NCBI RefSeq assembly: GCF_018398935.1
Contig: NZ_CP074694.1
Span: 1,350,001-1,382,000, forward strand
Length of the DNA: 32,000 nucleotides
Origin: Telmatocola sphagniphila
GTDB taxonomy: Bacteria; Planctomycetota; Planctomycetia; Gemmatales; Gemmataceae
Reading direction: 5' to 3'
Shown here: positions 24,597-32,000 of the stretch, piece after piece
Layout of the letters: each line of letters opens with the position of its first letter
Position numbering within the stretch: position 1 is the stretch's first letter
Made by a program: the position numbers and the translations under genes
The notes under the pieces: generated by a model
Told to the model about the DNA's origin: nothing
Seen by the model: only the letters and a program-made list of their open reading frames with translations
Database searches by the model: none

Positions 24597-26294
24597 ATGA
24601 GTACTGGATCGCAACTCGGCGGGATTATTCACACCTATCAGAAGTACGACCCCGTCAATTTCCCCAACCCCGCCTCGGAGCAACCCGATTTGGCCTCGGC
24701 GGCCATGGAACATCTACTCTACTACGGCAATACCCGACGGCTCACGGATGAAGAATTGGCCAACGCCGTTCATCTGGATCCCAGTCAGATTGCTGGGATG
24801 GGACCGAGTCTCGATGCGATTCGGCAGATGCTGGAGGAAAGAAAGCGGAAAATTCTGGAGACTTACGAAACGGCGAAAGCGCAGGAACGAGCCGGTCGGG
24901 AATTCAAGGATCAAGCCCGTTCCGTCAGGCCGCCCGATAAACTGCGGAAGCGCTTCGATCAGGCCGTTCAGGAGGAGCAGCTTTACGATCTCGAAAATCT
25001 CTATTACCTTTCTGGCGGAGACAACAGTCCATTTGCCCGGGATATTGTGCTGTTAACGGAAAGTTTGGGACGAAAGTATCAGGTCGATGAGCTCGCGGCC
25101 AAATATGAATTCACGGGCCGGGAGAAAATGACAGTCGATGAAGCTCTTCAGATCAAGCAGGAGCTGGAGATGATCGACAAGCTGCTCCAACAAATCGAAG
25201 AGGCCATGAAAACAGCCCAGATCGGTTTGATTGACATGGAGGAACTGGGGCAATTTGTCGAGGGAGAGCAACTCGACAATCTTCGCCAGATCATGGAGCG
25301 AATCAACGAATATCTCAAACATCAGGCGGAAGAACAAGGTCTACAGAAGGATCGGCGCGGCTACCAAATCACGCCGAAGGCGTATCGACTGTTCCAGAAT
25401 AAACTTCTGAGCATGATCTTTTCCGAGTTGCAACAGTCAAAAACCGGAAAACATGAAGCCGTTGTGGGAGAAGGAGCTACCGAAATCGAGCGAACCAAAC
25501 CCTATGAATTTGGGGACTCGGTGGCTCAAATGGATATCCCCGCCAGTATGATCAATGCTCTCCTACGCAATGGTCCCGGGTCGCCGGTGCGGATGGGCAT
25601 GGAAGACATTGTCATTCACCAGACCCGGAATACGCCCAAATGCGCCACCTGCGTGCTGCTCGATATGTCGGGCTCGATGCGTTACGATGGCCTTTATGTG
25701 AACGTGAAAAAAATGGGATTGGCATTGGATGGTCTGATTCGAAAAGAATATCCGGGGGATTTTCTTCAGTTCATCGAGATGTACACTTTCGCCAAGCCCC
25801 GCCATATCTCGGAAGTGCCGGCACTGATGTACAAGCCGGTAACCATTTTTGATCCCGTGGTGAAAATCAAAGCGGATATGTCCGATCCGGATATCACGGA
25901 AATGCAAATTCCTCCTCACTTCACCAACATTCAGCACGCGTTGCAATTGGGGAGGCGCTTTCTCTGCAGTCAGGACACTCCTAATAAACAAATATTTCTG
26001 GTGACCGATGGTTTGCCCACGGCGCACTTCGAGGGGGAGATCCTATTCATGCTCTACCCACCCAATAATCGCACGGAAGAGGCCACCATGCGGGAAGCGA
26101 TGCTCTGTGCTCGAGAAGGGATAACGATCAACATTTTTTTGCTGAATAGCTGGAATCAAACGTCCGAGGATGTGAAGTTCGCTTACCGGATGGCCGAAAC
26201 AACCAAGGGGCGGGTAATTTTTACAGCCGGGAAAGAACTCGATCGATTTGTGGTATGGGATTACATCAAACGCAGAAAGAGTATAATATCCTGA
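24597..26294 (+). CDS. vWA-domain protein (coiled-coil-rich N-terminal half, C-terminal vWA with intact MIDAS), partner of the upstream AAA+
   Basis: 565 aa. AAGGA lies 6 nt before the ATG. The N-terminal half is E/K/Q-rich and helical. MIDAS is LLDMSGSM (25662-25676), followed later by IFLVTDGLPTAH and ITINIFLL. Confidence 0.85.
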   Translation: MSTGSQLGGIIHTYQKYDPVNFPNPASEQPDLASAAMEHLLYYGNTRRLTDEELANAVHLDPSQIAGMGPSLDAIRQMLEERKRKILETYETAKAQERAGREFKDQARSVRPPDKLRKRFDQAVQEEQLYDLENLYYLSGGDNSPFARDIVLLTESLGRKYQVDELAAKYEFTGREKMTVDEALQIKQELEMIDKLLQQIEEAMKTAQIGLIDMEELGQFVEGEQLDNLRQIMERINEYLKHQAEEQGLQKDRRGYQITPKAYRLFQNKLLSMIFSELQQSKTGKHEAVVGEGATEIERTKPYEFGDSVAQMDIPASMINALLRNGPGSPVRMGMEDIVIHQTRNTPKCATCVLLDMSGSMRYDGLYVNVKKMGLALDGLIRKEYPGDFLQFIEMYTFAKPRHISEVPALMYKPVTIFDPVVKIKADMSDPDITEMQIPPHFTNIQHALQLGRRFLCSQDTPNKQIFLVTDGLPTAHFEGEILFMLYPPNNRTEEATMREAMLCAREGITINIFLLNSWNQTSEDVKFAYRMAETTKGRVIFTAGKELDRFVVWDYIKRRKSIIS

Positions 26295-26315
26295 TGCAAA
26301 AACAGGAGCGAGCGG

Positions 26316-27101
26316 GTGTCTGACGAACGGATCAAGATCGTTTCGATCATGAACTACCCGCCCGATCCGAATACCCAGCGAATGTGCTGGATATTTCTCG
26401 ATTCTGTCATCGATCATGGGGCCAAGAGCATCACCCTGCTGTACGAGGATTTCCCACCCATCGTCACCTCGGAACATCGACGGGCCGCTGATATCGAACT
26501 CGTACAGCGAAAATCGCTGGATGTCGGCCACCCTCATTTTAATTTGCGGTTCAAGCTGGCGAATTTAGCGAAGCTCGATTTTCCCTTTCTGTTCCTTGAT
26601 GCCGATATGGTCGTGCTCAGCGATTTGAATTATCTCTGGCAGCGCCGCAACGATAAACCCTGGATGGGAATTAACCATCAATGGGTTTCGAGTGATCCGG
26701 GTACGCATCGGCCGCCGTTTTTAAACTCGGGTTTACAGTTGGTTTCCGATCCCAAATTCTACGATCTGAATGCCATTCTCGCGGCTCAGAATGCCGTAGC
26801 GCCTCTCCATCGGGCCGCGGAGTTCGGCAAATTTGAAATGTTTGCCTCTCCGGGGACCGACCAAGCCCTGCTCTACCGTTATTTCAGATCTCTGAATTAC
26901 GATTACACCCACCCCGAAATAGGCCTGGGTTGGAACAGTTGTGCCGGGGTGACCGATCTCTGGCAAGAGGAAGGACTCTGGAAGGCTAAGACCAGGGGAT
27001 ATCATCCCGATTACGAAGTGCAAATCGTACACTTCTGGGCACAATTCAAGCCCTGGAAAATCGAATGCCCTTTATTTCGAGATTATCGGTCTCAGCTCTA
27101 G
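26316..27101 (+). CDS. GT8-family (glycogenin/LPS-glycosyltransferase-like) retaining glycosyltransferase
   Basis: GTG start 7 nt after AGGAG and 21 nt after the vWA stop. Motifs are FLFLDADMVVLSDLNYLW (DxD at 26598-26606), FLNSGLQLV, GTDQALLYRYF and VHFWAQFKPW. Confidence 0.8.
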   Translation: MSDERIKIVSIMNYPPDPNTQRMCWIFLDSVIDHGAKSITLLYEDFPPIVTSEHRRAADIELVQRKSLDVGHPHFNLRFKLANLAKLDFPFLFLDADMVVLSDLNYLWQRRNDKPWMGINHQWVSSDPGTHRPPFLNSGLQLVSDPKFYDLNAILAAQNAVAPLHRAAEFGKFEMFASPGTDQALLYRYFRSLNYDYTHPEIGLGWNSCAGVTDLWQEEGLWKAKTRGYHPDYEVQIVHFWAQFKPWKIECPLFRDYRSQL

Positions 27102-27592
27102 TTCCTTCCATTGCATTGCATCTCAGCCAACATCCAGGAGATACGATTTAAGATGACCTGTATTCGCTCGGAAGCGCCCTCGGGTTCGAGTGGCCCCACC
27201 CCAAATCGAAGATTAGTTCTAATCTGCTCTGCAATCCAGGAATGCCTTTCGAAATCGGATTTCCAGGCCGCTTCGGGATGGGTGGGATCTTTCGCGCATC
27301 GATTTAGGTAGTCGAAGATTTTAAAAGCCGTCGGGATATCGATTTCATTGTGAAGAAGATTCCGACAGGTCAGCTCGCGCAAGTGAAGCCTGGATCCCGT
27401 CTGGGTGAGCAGGCCGTCGAGAATTTCTTCTTTCTGTTGCTCCTCCGATAAAACCCGTTCCGCTTCCTGCTCCGAGATAAAAGGATCTTTCGAGTCGAAT
27501 TCTTCTGTCTGTGAGGAACTACTGCAAACGCAATAGACGCTCCCGCTGACAGATAGAAAAATACCTAGACAAACGACGTAGAACGTGCGCAT
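27098..27592 (-). CDS. Hypothetical small secreted protein
   Basis: 164-aa ORF with a signal-like N-terminus (MRTFYVVCLGIFLSVSGSVYCVC) followed by an acidic and then a helical region. I recognise no motif. Its stop overlaps the GT8 stop (CTAG). Confidence 0.5.
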   Translation of the reverse strand: MRTFYVVCLGIFLSVSGSVYCVCSSSSQTEEFDSKDPFISEQEAERVLSEEQQKEEILDGLLTQTGSRLHLRELTCRNLLHNEIDIPTAFKIFDYLNRCAKDPTHPEAAWKSDFERHSWIAEQIRTNLRFGVGPLEPEGASERIQVILNRISWMLAEMQCNGRN

Positions 27593-27644
27593 GGGATAAA
27601 ATCCATTTCGGGTTCAGTATTCGAATAAGTGGAGAGATTCAGTC

Positions 27645-27676
27645 GAAAGCATTCGAGTTAAGAATGCTTTTTTCAG
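27645..27676 (+). terminator. Weak terminator-like hairpin, + strand orientation only
   Basis: AAAGCATTC (27646-27654), loop GAGTTAA, GAATGCTTT (27662-27670), then TTTC. Only 3 G-C pairs and the T-tract is partly in the stem. There is no T-run on the minus strand. Confidence 0.35.
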
Positions 27677-27826
27677 GTAGGATTACTAATTAGAACACTC
27701 CAGATCCGGAATGGTTCCCCGTTTTTAGAAAAAATTTGAGTAGAAAATTGCGACGACTTACGCGAGCAAAAACGGGGGAAGGCAATCGGGCGATGGCGAT
27801 GAACTAGGCGGAGAAAGTTTTACTTG

Positions 27827-27868
27827 TCAGTCGAAAGAGTGCTCAGCTCAGTCGAAAGAGTGCTCAGC
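27827..27868. repeat. Perfect 2 x 21-bp tandem duplication in an intergenic region
   Basis: TCAGTCGAAAGAGTGCTCAGC occurs at 27827-27847 and again at 27848-27868. The first 11 nt (TCAGTCGAAAG) also occur at 27639-27649. Confidence 0.9.
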
Positions 27869-27912
27869 GATGTTAATCAGCCGCTCTTCGCTTGAATCGT
27901 GCGAGCTCGAGC

Positions 27913-29268
27913 TCAGGATTTTTCCACCAGAGCCCAAGCTTCTTTTTCCAATTCTGCTTTCTCTTCAAATTCGTCACCCTCGAGAACGCTATTATCGACG
28001 AAGATTTTGTGCTTCTGACCGAAGGCATATTCGGGCCCGAGGACATCCACCACCGTAGGATTCCTCTGAGGCTTTTGGGGAGGGAAGAAGTATCCTTCGA
28101 CAGTGATCGCTTCCTTCCGGTATTCCGGATACTGCAACAGAAACTCGTGCAACTTTTTCAGTCGATAGTGCGGAACGGTCGCATACATGTGGTGGGGCAG
28201 ATGATAATCCATTCCCATCGGGAAGACGGCAAATCGGATGAATCGGCCGACAAAAAAAGTTCGAGTGTTGGTCAGCCAGCCGCGATCGCCATTACCGTGC
28301 TGCACGATTTGCCGGAGAATCATGAAGAACGAGAAAGAGGTGAATAAGGGAACCACCCAAAGGATCAGATAATAGAGAGCTGCGAAAATGCCGGTTAACC
28401 TCGTGACCCAGGCGATGCCGGAAAATAAGAGCGTGATGTAACCCAACCGAAGCATCGTCATATATCGCAGAGCAATAACGGGATGTACCCGGCTTTGATG
28501 AAATTTGTCTTCGGGAAGTTTCCAATAAACCGCGCAGATACCCAGCCAAAGGGAGGCAGGTACTATCGCGAGAAGGATTGGATTTCCCAGATAAAACAGC
28601 GCTGTGATGGTTGTCAGTGTCGTGAGTATGTAGGTAAGGCCGATCCTTACTGCCACCTTGGAGGGTTTCTGGCCCTTTTTCAGATAAGGATTTTTGTCCG
28701 TTCCCGTCGCGTTATAGGCCGCCCGAACCAGCATGAACCGGATGAGTCGGGGAATCCACATTTGCCTGGTGACAGTTCGGATAAAAGTTCGTCGCGCGAC
28801 CGGAAAGTTCAGCCAGTGGCCGCTGGTTTTGAGCTGGGACACATCGGGATCGCGATCGGGATCGTTCACAAATTGATGATGTGCCAGATGCTGCAGTCGA
28901 TAGTGATGCGTACTCGAAAAAAGCGGAAACATAGTTAATAGATCGGACACCAGATCATTCAATTGGCGGTTCTTGAAAAGAATGTGATGCACGCCCTCAT
29001 GCGACAAACCACTCAGTTGGTGCTGCCCTGCGCCGATAAGAACGATGGCCGTTAGAACAACGGGGGTATTCCAGAAAAAGGAAAATCCTTCGGCCTGTTG
29101 CCATTCACAGAAGGCAATGGTTCCACCGATGACGGCTGCCAGATAAAGATAAATTGCAGCGATGTAGTAAATACTCGTCCAGTTATTCGTCTGGCGGAGA
29201 ATTTGAAGTTCTGCTTTCAAAGCAGCATCGTTAAGTGTTTTTTCGGTCAATACAACTTCCGCGCTCAT
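27913..29268 (-). CDS. Membrane fatty-acid desaturase family protein
   Basis: Three His boxes are present: SHEGVHH, HHYRLQHLAHH and DYHLPHHMY. There are multiple TM segments. 451 aa, starting 18 nt after the SDR gene. Confidence 0.88.
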   Translation of the reverse strand: MSAEVVLTEKTLNDAALKAELQILRQTNNWTSIYYIAAIYLYLAAVIGGTIAFCEWQQAEGFSFFWNTPVVLTAIVLIGAGQHQLSGLSHEGVHHILFKNRQLNDLVSDLLTMFPLFSSTHHYRLQHLAHHQFVNDPDRDPDVSQLKTSGHWLNFPVARRTFIRTVTRQMWIPRLIRFMLVRAAYNATGTDKNPYLKKGQKPSKVAVRIGLTYILTTLTTITALFYLGNPILLAIVPASLWLGICAVYWKLPEDKFHQSRVHPVIALRYMTMLRLGYITLLFSGIAWVTRLTGIFAALYYLILWVVPLFTSFSFFMILRQIVQHGNGDRGWLTNTRTFFVGRFIRFAVFPMGMDYHLPHHMYATVPHYRLKKLHEFLLQYPEYRKEAITVEGYFFPPQKPQRNPTVVDVLGPEYAFGQKHKIFVDNSVLEGDEFEEKAELEKEAWALVEKS

Positions 29269-29286
29269 GGCCGTACGCCTCGCGAG

Positions 29287-30120
29287 TTAATTGTTCTGAT
29301 ATAATTTAGCGACTTTTCTTGCGATCAGCTTGTCCAGTAGTCGTGGGAAAAATCGGTTCATCCGAAGCATATTTTTGGCATCCGACCCGATGACTATCTC
29401 CTCATTTCCAGATTGTAGGGCACCAAGGATTTTCTTTGCCACTCCAGCCGGTTCCATCCCTGCAGAGTAATCGATTTTGGCCTTGCCCTCATTGCGGAGC
29501 ATATCTTTTTGAAGTCCGGTTTTAGTCAGGCCGGGTATCACGAGTAAGGTTTCGATATCAAAGCGTGCCATCTCGCCGCGTAAGGCCTCAGTTATACCGC
29601 ACAATGCGTGTTTACTGGCCGAATACTCCGGCCAGGCGGGCATCGCTTTACGACCGGTCATGGAAGACACATTCACGATAATCGGTTGATTGCCGTGCGT
29701 CAGATGCGGAATTGCCAATCGAATCAACTCAACCGGGGCAAAGAAATTGACTTCCATAATCTGCCGGAGCACCGATTCATCGGAATTCTGGAAGTGACAC
29801 CAGCTGGCTATCCCTGCATTATTAATCAACCCGTCCAAGCCCCCGAGTCCCGCGAGAGTAGCTTCAAAAATTTTCAGGCGATCCCGCTCTTGAGAAACAT
29901 CTCCGTAAACAAGAATTGCCTTCCCATCGGGCAACTCTGCTTTCAGAGCTTCCAGTTTGGCAAAATTTCGGCCGACCAAGGCCAGGCTGCACCCCGAGTT
30001 GAGCAATTGCTGGCTAAGGGCCTTGCCGATGCCAGAGGTGGCCCCGGTAATGAGAAAACGCTTACCCGAGAGGTTGCGATGCATATTAGCCCTGATGATC
30101 TGGGTTTCCCAATTTGCCAA
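29287..30120 (-). CDS. Short-chain dehydrogenase/reductase (SDR)
   Basis: Motifs are FLITGATSGIGKAL (TGxxxGxG), LINNAGIAS (NNAG) and SSMTG...YSASKHAL (Ser...YxxxK). Confidence 0.92.
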   Translation of the reverse strand: MANWETQIIRANMHRNLSGKRFLITGATSGIGKALSQQLLNSGCSLALVGRNFAKLEALKAELPDGKAILVYGDVSQERDRLKIFEATLAGLGGLDGLINNAGIASWCHFQNSDESVLRQIMEVNFFAPVELIRLAIPHLTHGNQPIIVNVSSMTGRKAMPAWPEYSASKHALCGITEALRGEMARFDIETLLVIPGLTKTGLQKDMLRNEGKAKIDYSAGMEPAGVAKKILGALQSGNEEIVIGSDAKNMLRMNRFFPRLLDKLIARKVAKLYQNN

Positions 30121-30158
30121 AATCTATTTTATTCATCGCTATTAGCCTTCGCGAGTGA

Positions 30159-30197
30159 CGGAAAGCTCCTCCTTGAAAGCGAATAGTCGGAAAGCTC
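30159..30197. repeat. Direct repeat CGGAAAGCTC x2 in a divergent promoter region
   Basis: The 10-mer occurs at 30159-30168 and 30188-30197, a 29-bp period. It lies between the SDR start (30120, -) and the O-antigen-ligase-like start (30274, +). Confidence 0.5.
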
Positions 30198-30273
30198 TCA
30201 AATCTGGAAAACTCGCTACAACCTGAGGAATATTGGCCTGTTCTTTCCACGAGACCCTGGGTAAATTTCGCCC

Positions 30274-31524
30274 ATGCAATGGCTTCTGATCGGATATATG
30301 TTCCTCTTTATTGACCGGCCATTTGAGGTCTGGCCAATTCTCGGCGACATCCATCTGGAGAGAATTTACTTTCTGGGGATGATCGGCTACTGGCTGATTT
30401 TTGCTAATAAAACACTTCCGCTGAGTCGGGTTCACTCCGCCCTGCTTGCGTTCGCCAGTGCGTTATTGATTTCCTGGAGTTTGTCGCGCTGGCCAGGTAG
30501 CGGTCAGCCCATCGTCGAAAACTGGCTCAAAATCTTGGCTTTTTACGCGTTGATCGTCACCTCCGTACGGGATGTCCAAGGACTGCGCTTCCTCGTGTGG
30601 GGATTTGTCGGATCGGTATTTCTTTACGAAGTGCATTCGCTGCGGGAGTATCTGGGCGGTCGGCATACCTATCGCATGGGGATCGTTCGCATGTTGGGAG
30701 TGGATGATACCCAGGGAGATCCGAATAGTTTCGGCGCGACAGTGCTCTTTGCCCTTCCCTTCGCCATCCTGCTCTATCAAACCACCACTCACCGACTGGC
30801 GAAGTTTTATTACGTCGGTTTCTCTCTGCTGACTTTCACCTGTATCGGCCTTACCGGATCGCGATCTTCCTTTTTGGGCTTGTCGATCTGGCTGATGATC
30901 GAAGTCTTTCGAAGTCGGCATCGCTGGCTGGCTTTGTCAGCTTGCATCATGCTGGCCCCGGTTGGCTTTCAACTTCTCCCCGAAAGTTTACAAACCCGAT
31001 TTGAAACGATCATCAGTCCTGAAGTTGGACCTGAAAGTGCCAGAGAGTCGAGCGAAGGACGATTAATCGGCCTCTCTCAAGGGGTCGATCTTTTTCTCGA
31101 TAATCCTTTTTCGGGCTGCGGACCAGGCGCCTGGCGACCGGCCACGCACAGCCTCATCGAATCTCATAATCTTTATGGACAGGTGATCGGCGAACTGGGA
31201 GCTTTAGGGGCTCTGGCCTTTTTGATACTTCTACTAATTTATTTCTTGGAAATCCGCAAGATTCGCAGCGCTGCGGCCTGGGAAATTTCAGATCGGCTTT
31301 CGTTTCCCAAAAAACTCGCCGAGGCAGTAGGACTCAGTCTATTTTTGCTGCTCCTGGAAGGGAATTTTGGTCACAATCTCTATCGCTATAACTGGCTCTG
31401 GTATGCCACATTCCTGGTAATTGCCCGACGATGCTCGATGGTTAGTAACGTCGCAAGCGAGTTCGATACGGGACAAATTCCCCTGGCGGAAAATGAAAGC
31501 GAAATCGAATCAATCCTCGAATGA
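30274..31524 (+). CDS. O-antigen ligase / Wzy-type polymerase family membrane protein
   Basis: About 10 or more hydrophobic helices. Family-typical strings are GLTGSRSSFLGLSIWLM and SLIESHNLYGQVIGELGALGALAFLILL, plus a periplasmic-loop-like segment between them. Confidence 0.8.
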   Translation: MQWLLIGYMFLFIDRPFEVWPILGDIHLERIYFLGMIGYWLIFANKTLPLSRVHSALLAFASALLISWSLSRWPGSGQPIVENWLKILAFYALIVTSVRDVQGLRFLVWGFVGSVFLYEVHSLREYLGGRHTYRMGIVRMLGVDDTQGDPNSFGATVLFALPFAILLYQTTTHRLAKFYYVGFSLLTFTCIGLTGSRSSFLGLSIWLMIEVFRSRHRWLALSACIMLAPVGFQLLPESLQTRFETIISPEVGPESARESSEGRLIGLSQGVDLFLDNPFSGCGPGAWRPATHSLIESHNLYGQVIGELGALGALAFLILLLIYFLEIRKIRSAAAWEISDRLSFPKKLAEAVGLSLFLLLLEGNFGHNLYRYNWLWYATFLVIARRCSMVSNVASEFDTGQIPLAENESEIESILE

Positions 31525-31932
31525 TTTTTCCGAACGAGTCTTTTTTCGGGCTGCCTGAATCTTTTTGTCAGTCAATCGTCGTCGGACGGAGCCTTTGGTG
31601 GGTTTGGTGGCTTTGCGCGGTTTCTCGACAATCAAAGCTCGACGCAGGATATTTGCAAATTTGGTCAGGCAGTCTTCGCGATTTCGAGGTTGATCGCGAT
31701 AGAGCTGGCTTGTCAGTACCAGATCTCCTTCCGTCGTCAGCAGATTTGCCAGTTTCATCTGCAGGCGCGGTCGAAGTGGACCTGGGATGGAGGGCGAGGC
31801 ATAAAAATTCCAGCGCAGGGTCGCTTTCGAGGCCACTTTGTTGACGTTCTGTCCCCCTGGCCCGCCCGATCGGGAATAGCTCCACTCGAACTCCTCGAGC
31901 GGTATTCGTAATTGGTCGTTAATCTGAAGCAT
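31510..31932 (-). CDS. arfB: Alternative ribosome-rescue factor ArfB (peptidyl-tRNA hydrolase, GGQ family)
   Basis: MLQINDQLRIPLEEFEWSYSRSGGPGGQNVNKVASKA carries the GGQ motif, and there is a basic C-terminal tail (KPRKATKPTKGSVRRRLTDKKIQAARKK). Start trimmed to ATG 31932, giving 140 aa. Confidence 0.9.
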   Translation of the reverse strand: MLQINDQLRIPLEEFEWSYSRSGGPGGQNVNKVASKATLRWNFYASPSIPGPLRPRLQMKLANLLTTEGDLVLTSQLYRDQPRNREDCLTKFANILRRALIVEKPRKATKPTKGSVRRRLTDKKIQAARKKTRSEKSFED

Positions 31933-32000
31933 TTTTGAGCCATGTACCGGGAGGCAACGCCTCCTCATTGATATTGACCAGAATCTTACCCTATCTTAGC

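Noticed and set aside
27827-27868. Possible CRISPR array, given identical 21-bp repeats.
   Set aside because: There are only two copies, directly abutting with no spacers, the unit is shorter than typical CRISPR repeats, and there are no cas genes in the window.
30142-30435. 97-aa minus-strand ORF across the SDR / O-antigen-ligase divergent promoter.
   Set aside because: It overlaps the 5' end of the multi-TM ligase-like gene in antisense and has no supporting features.
12826-31932. smpB and arfB (two ribosome-rescue factors) within 19 kb, considered as a possible linked 'rescue' locus.
   Set aside because: They are separated by about 15 unrelated genes on mixed strands and each sits in a different transcription unit. 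Co-occurrence in one window is most simply coincidence.
1-32000. Mobile element, prophage, genomic island or defence island.
   Set aside because: I recognise no integrase, transposase, recombinase, nuclease/helicase defence genes, flanking tRNA or terminal repeats. By eye the only compositional outliers are the G-rich gene (20900-21260) and the AT-rich promoter region (7440-7640).

Overview
By gene content this window looks like an ordinary chromosomal segment of a Planctomycetota-like genome. That taxon call is an inference from a DUF1570-type HExxH protein, a giant BatA/vWA membrane protein with MoxR, a glycine-rich EF-hand secreted protein, a 1292-aa TPR protein and a long sigma-70. GC is about 50% by eye. 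I support about 24 protein-coding genes. Reading by eye, I found no rRNA, tRNA, tmRNA, CRISPR array, transposase, integrase or terminal inverted repeats. Housekeeping genes are smpB, arfB, a stand-alone coaC-type flavoprotein, an RpoD-like sigma factor, and Gfo/Idh/MocA and SDR oxidoreductases. They are interleaved with envelope genes: a GT-B glycosyltransferase fused to two Kdo/WaaP-type kinase domains, a GT8 transferase, an O-antigen-ligase-like protein, a membrane fatty-acid desaturase, and a TPR plus beta-rich giant. Nothing here is a clear-cut novel system such as a defence island. The most system-like candidates are: (i) a tightly spaced AAA+ (BchI/ChlI-like) / vWA / GT8 operon at 23121-27101, a chelatase-type motor pair with no chelatase subunit; (ii) an NHL / giant dual-vWA / MoxR unit at 3-5534 with no DUF58 gene in the window; (iii) the GT-B plus double-kinase fusion starting 8 nt after smpB; (iv) a BcsC/PelB/PgaA-like TPR plus putative beta-barrel protein with no adjacent polysaccharide synthase. 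Sequence-level oddities include a structured leader upstream of the sigma gene, a repeat-dense 320-bp intergenic region containing a perfect 21-bp tandem duplication, nested tandem repeats inside the glycine-rich gene, and convergent genes that either share overlapping stop codons or are separated by perfect bidirectional hairpins. All functional calls come from motif recognition by eye; no database search was run.
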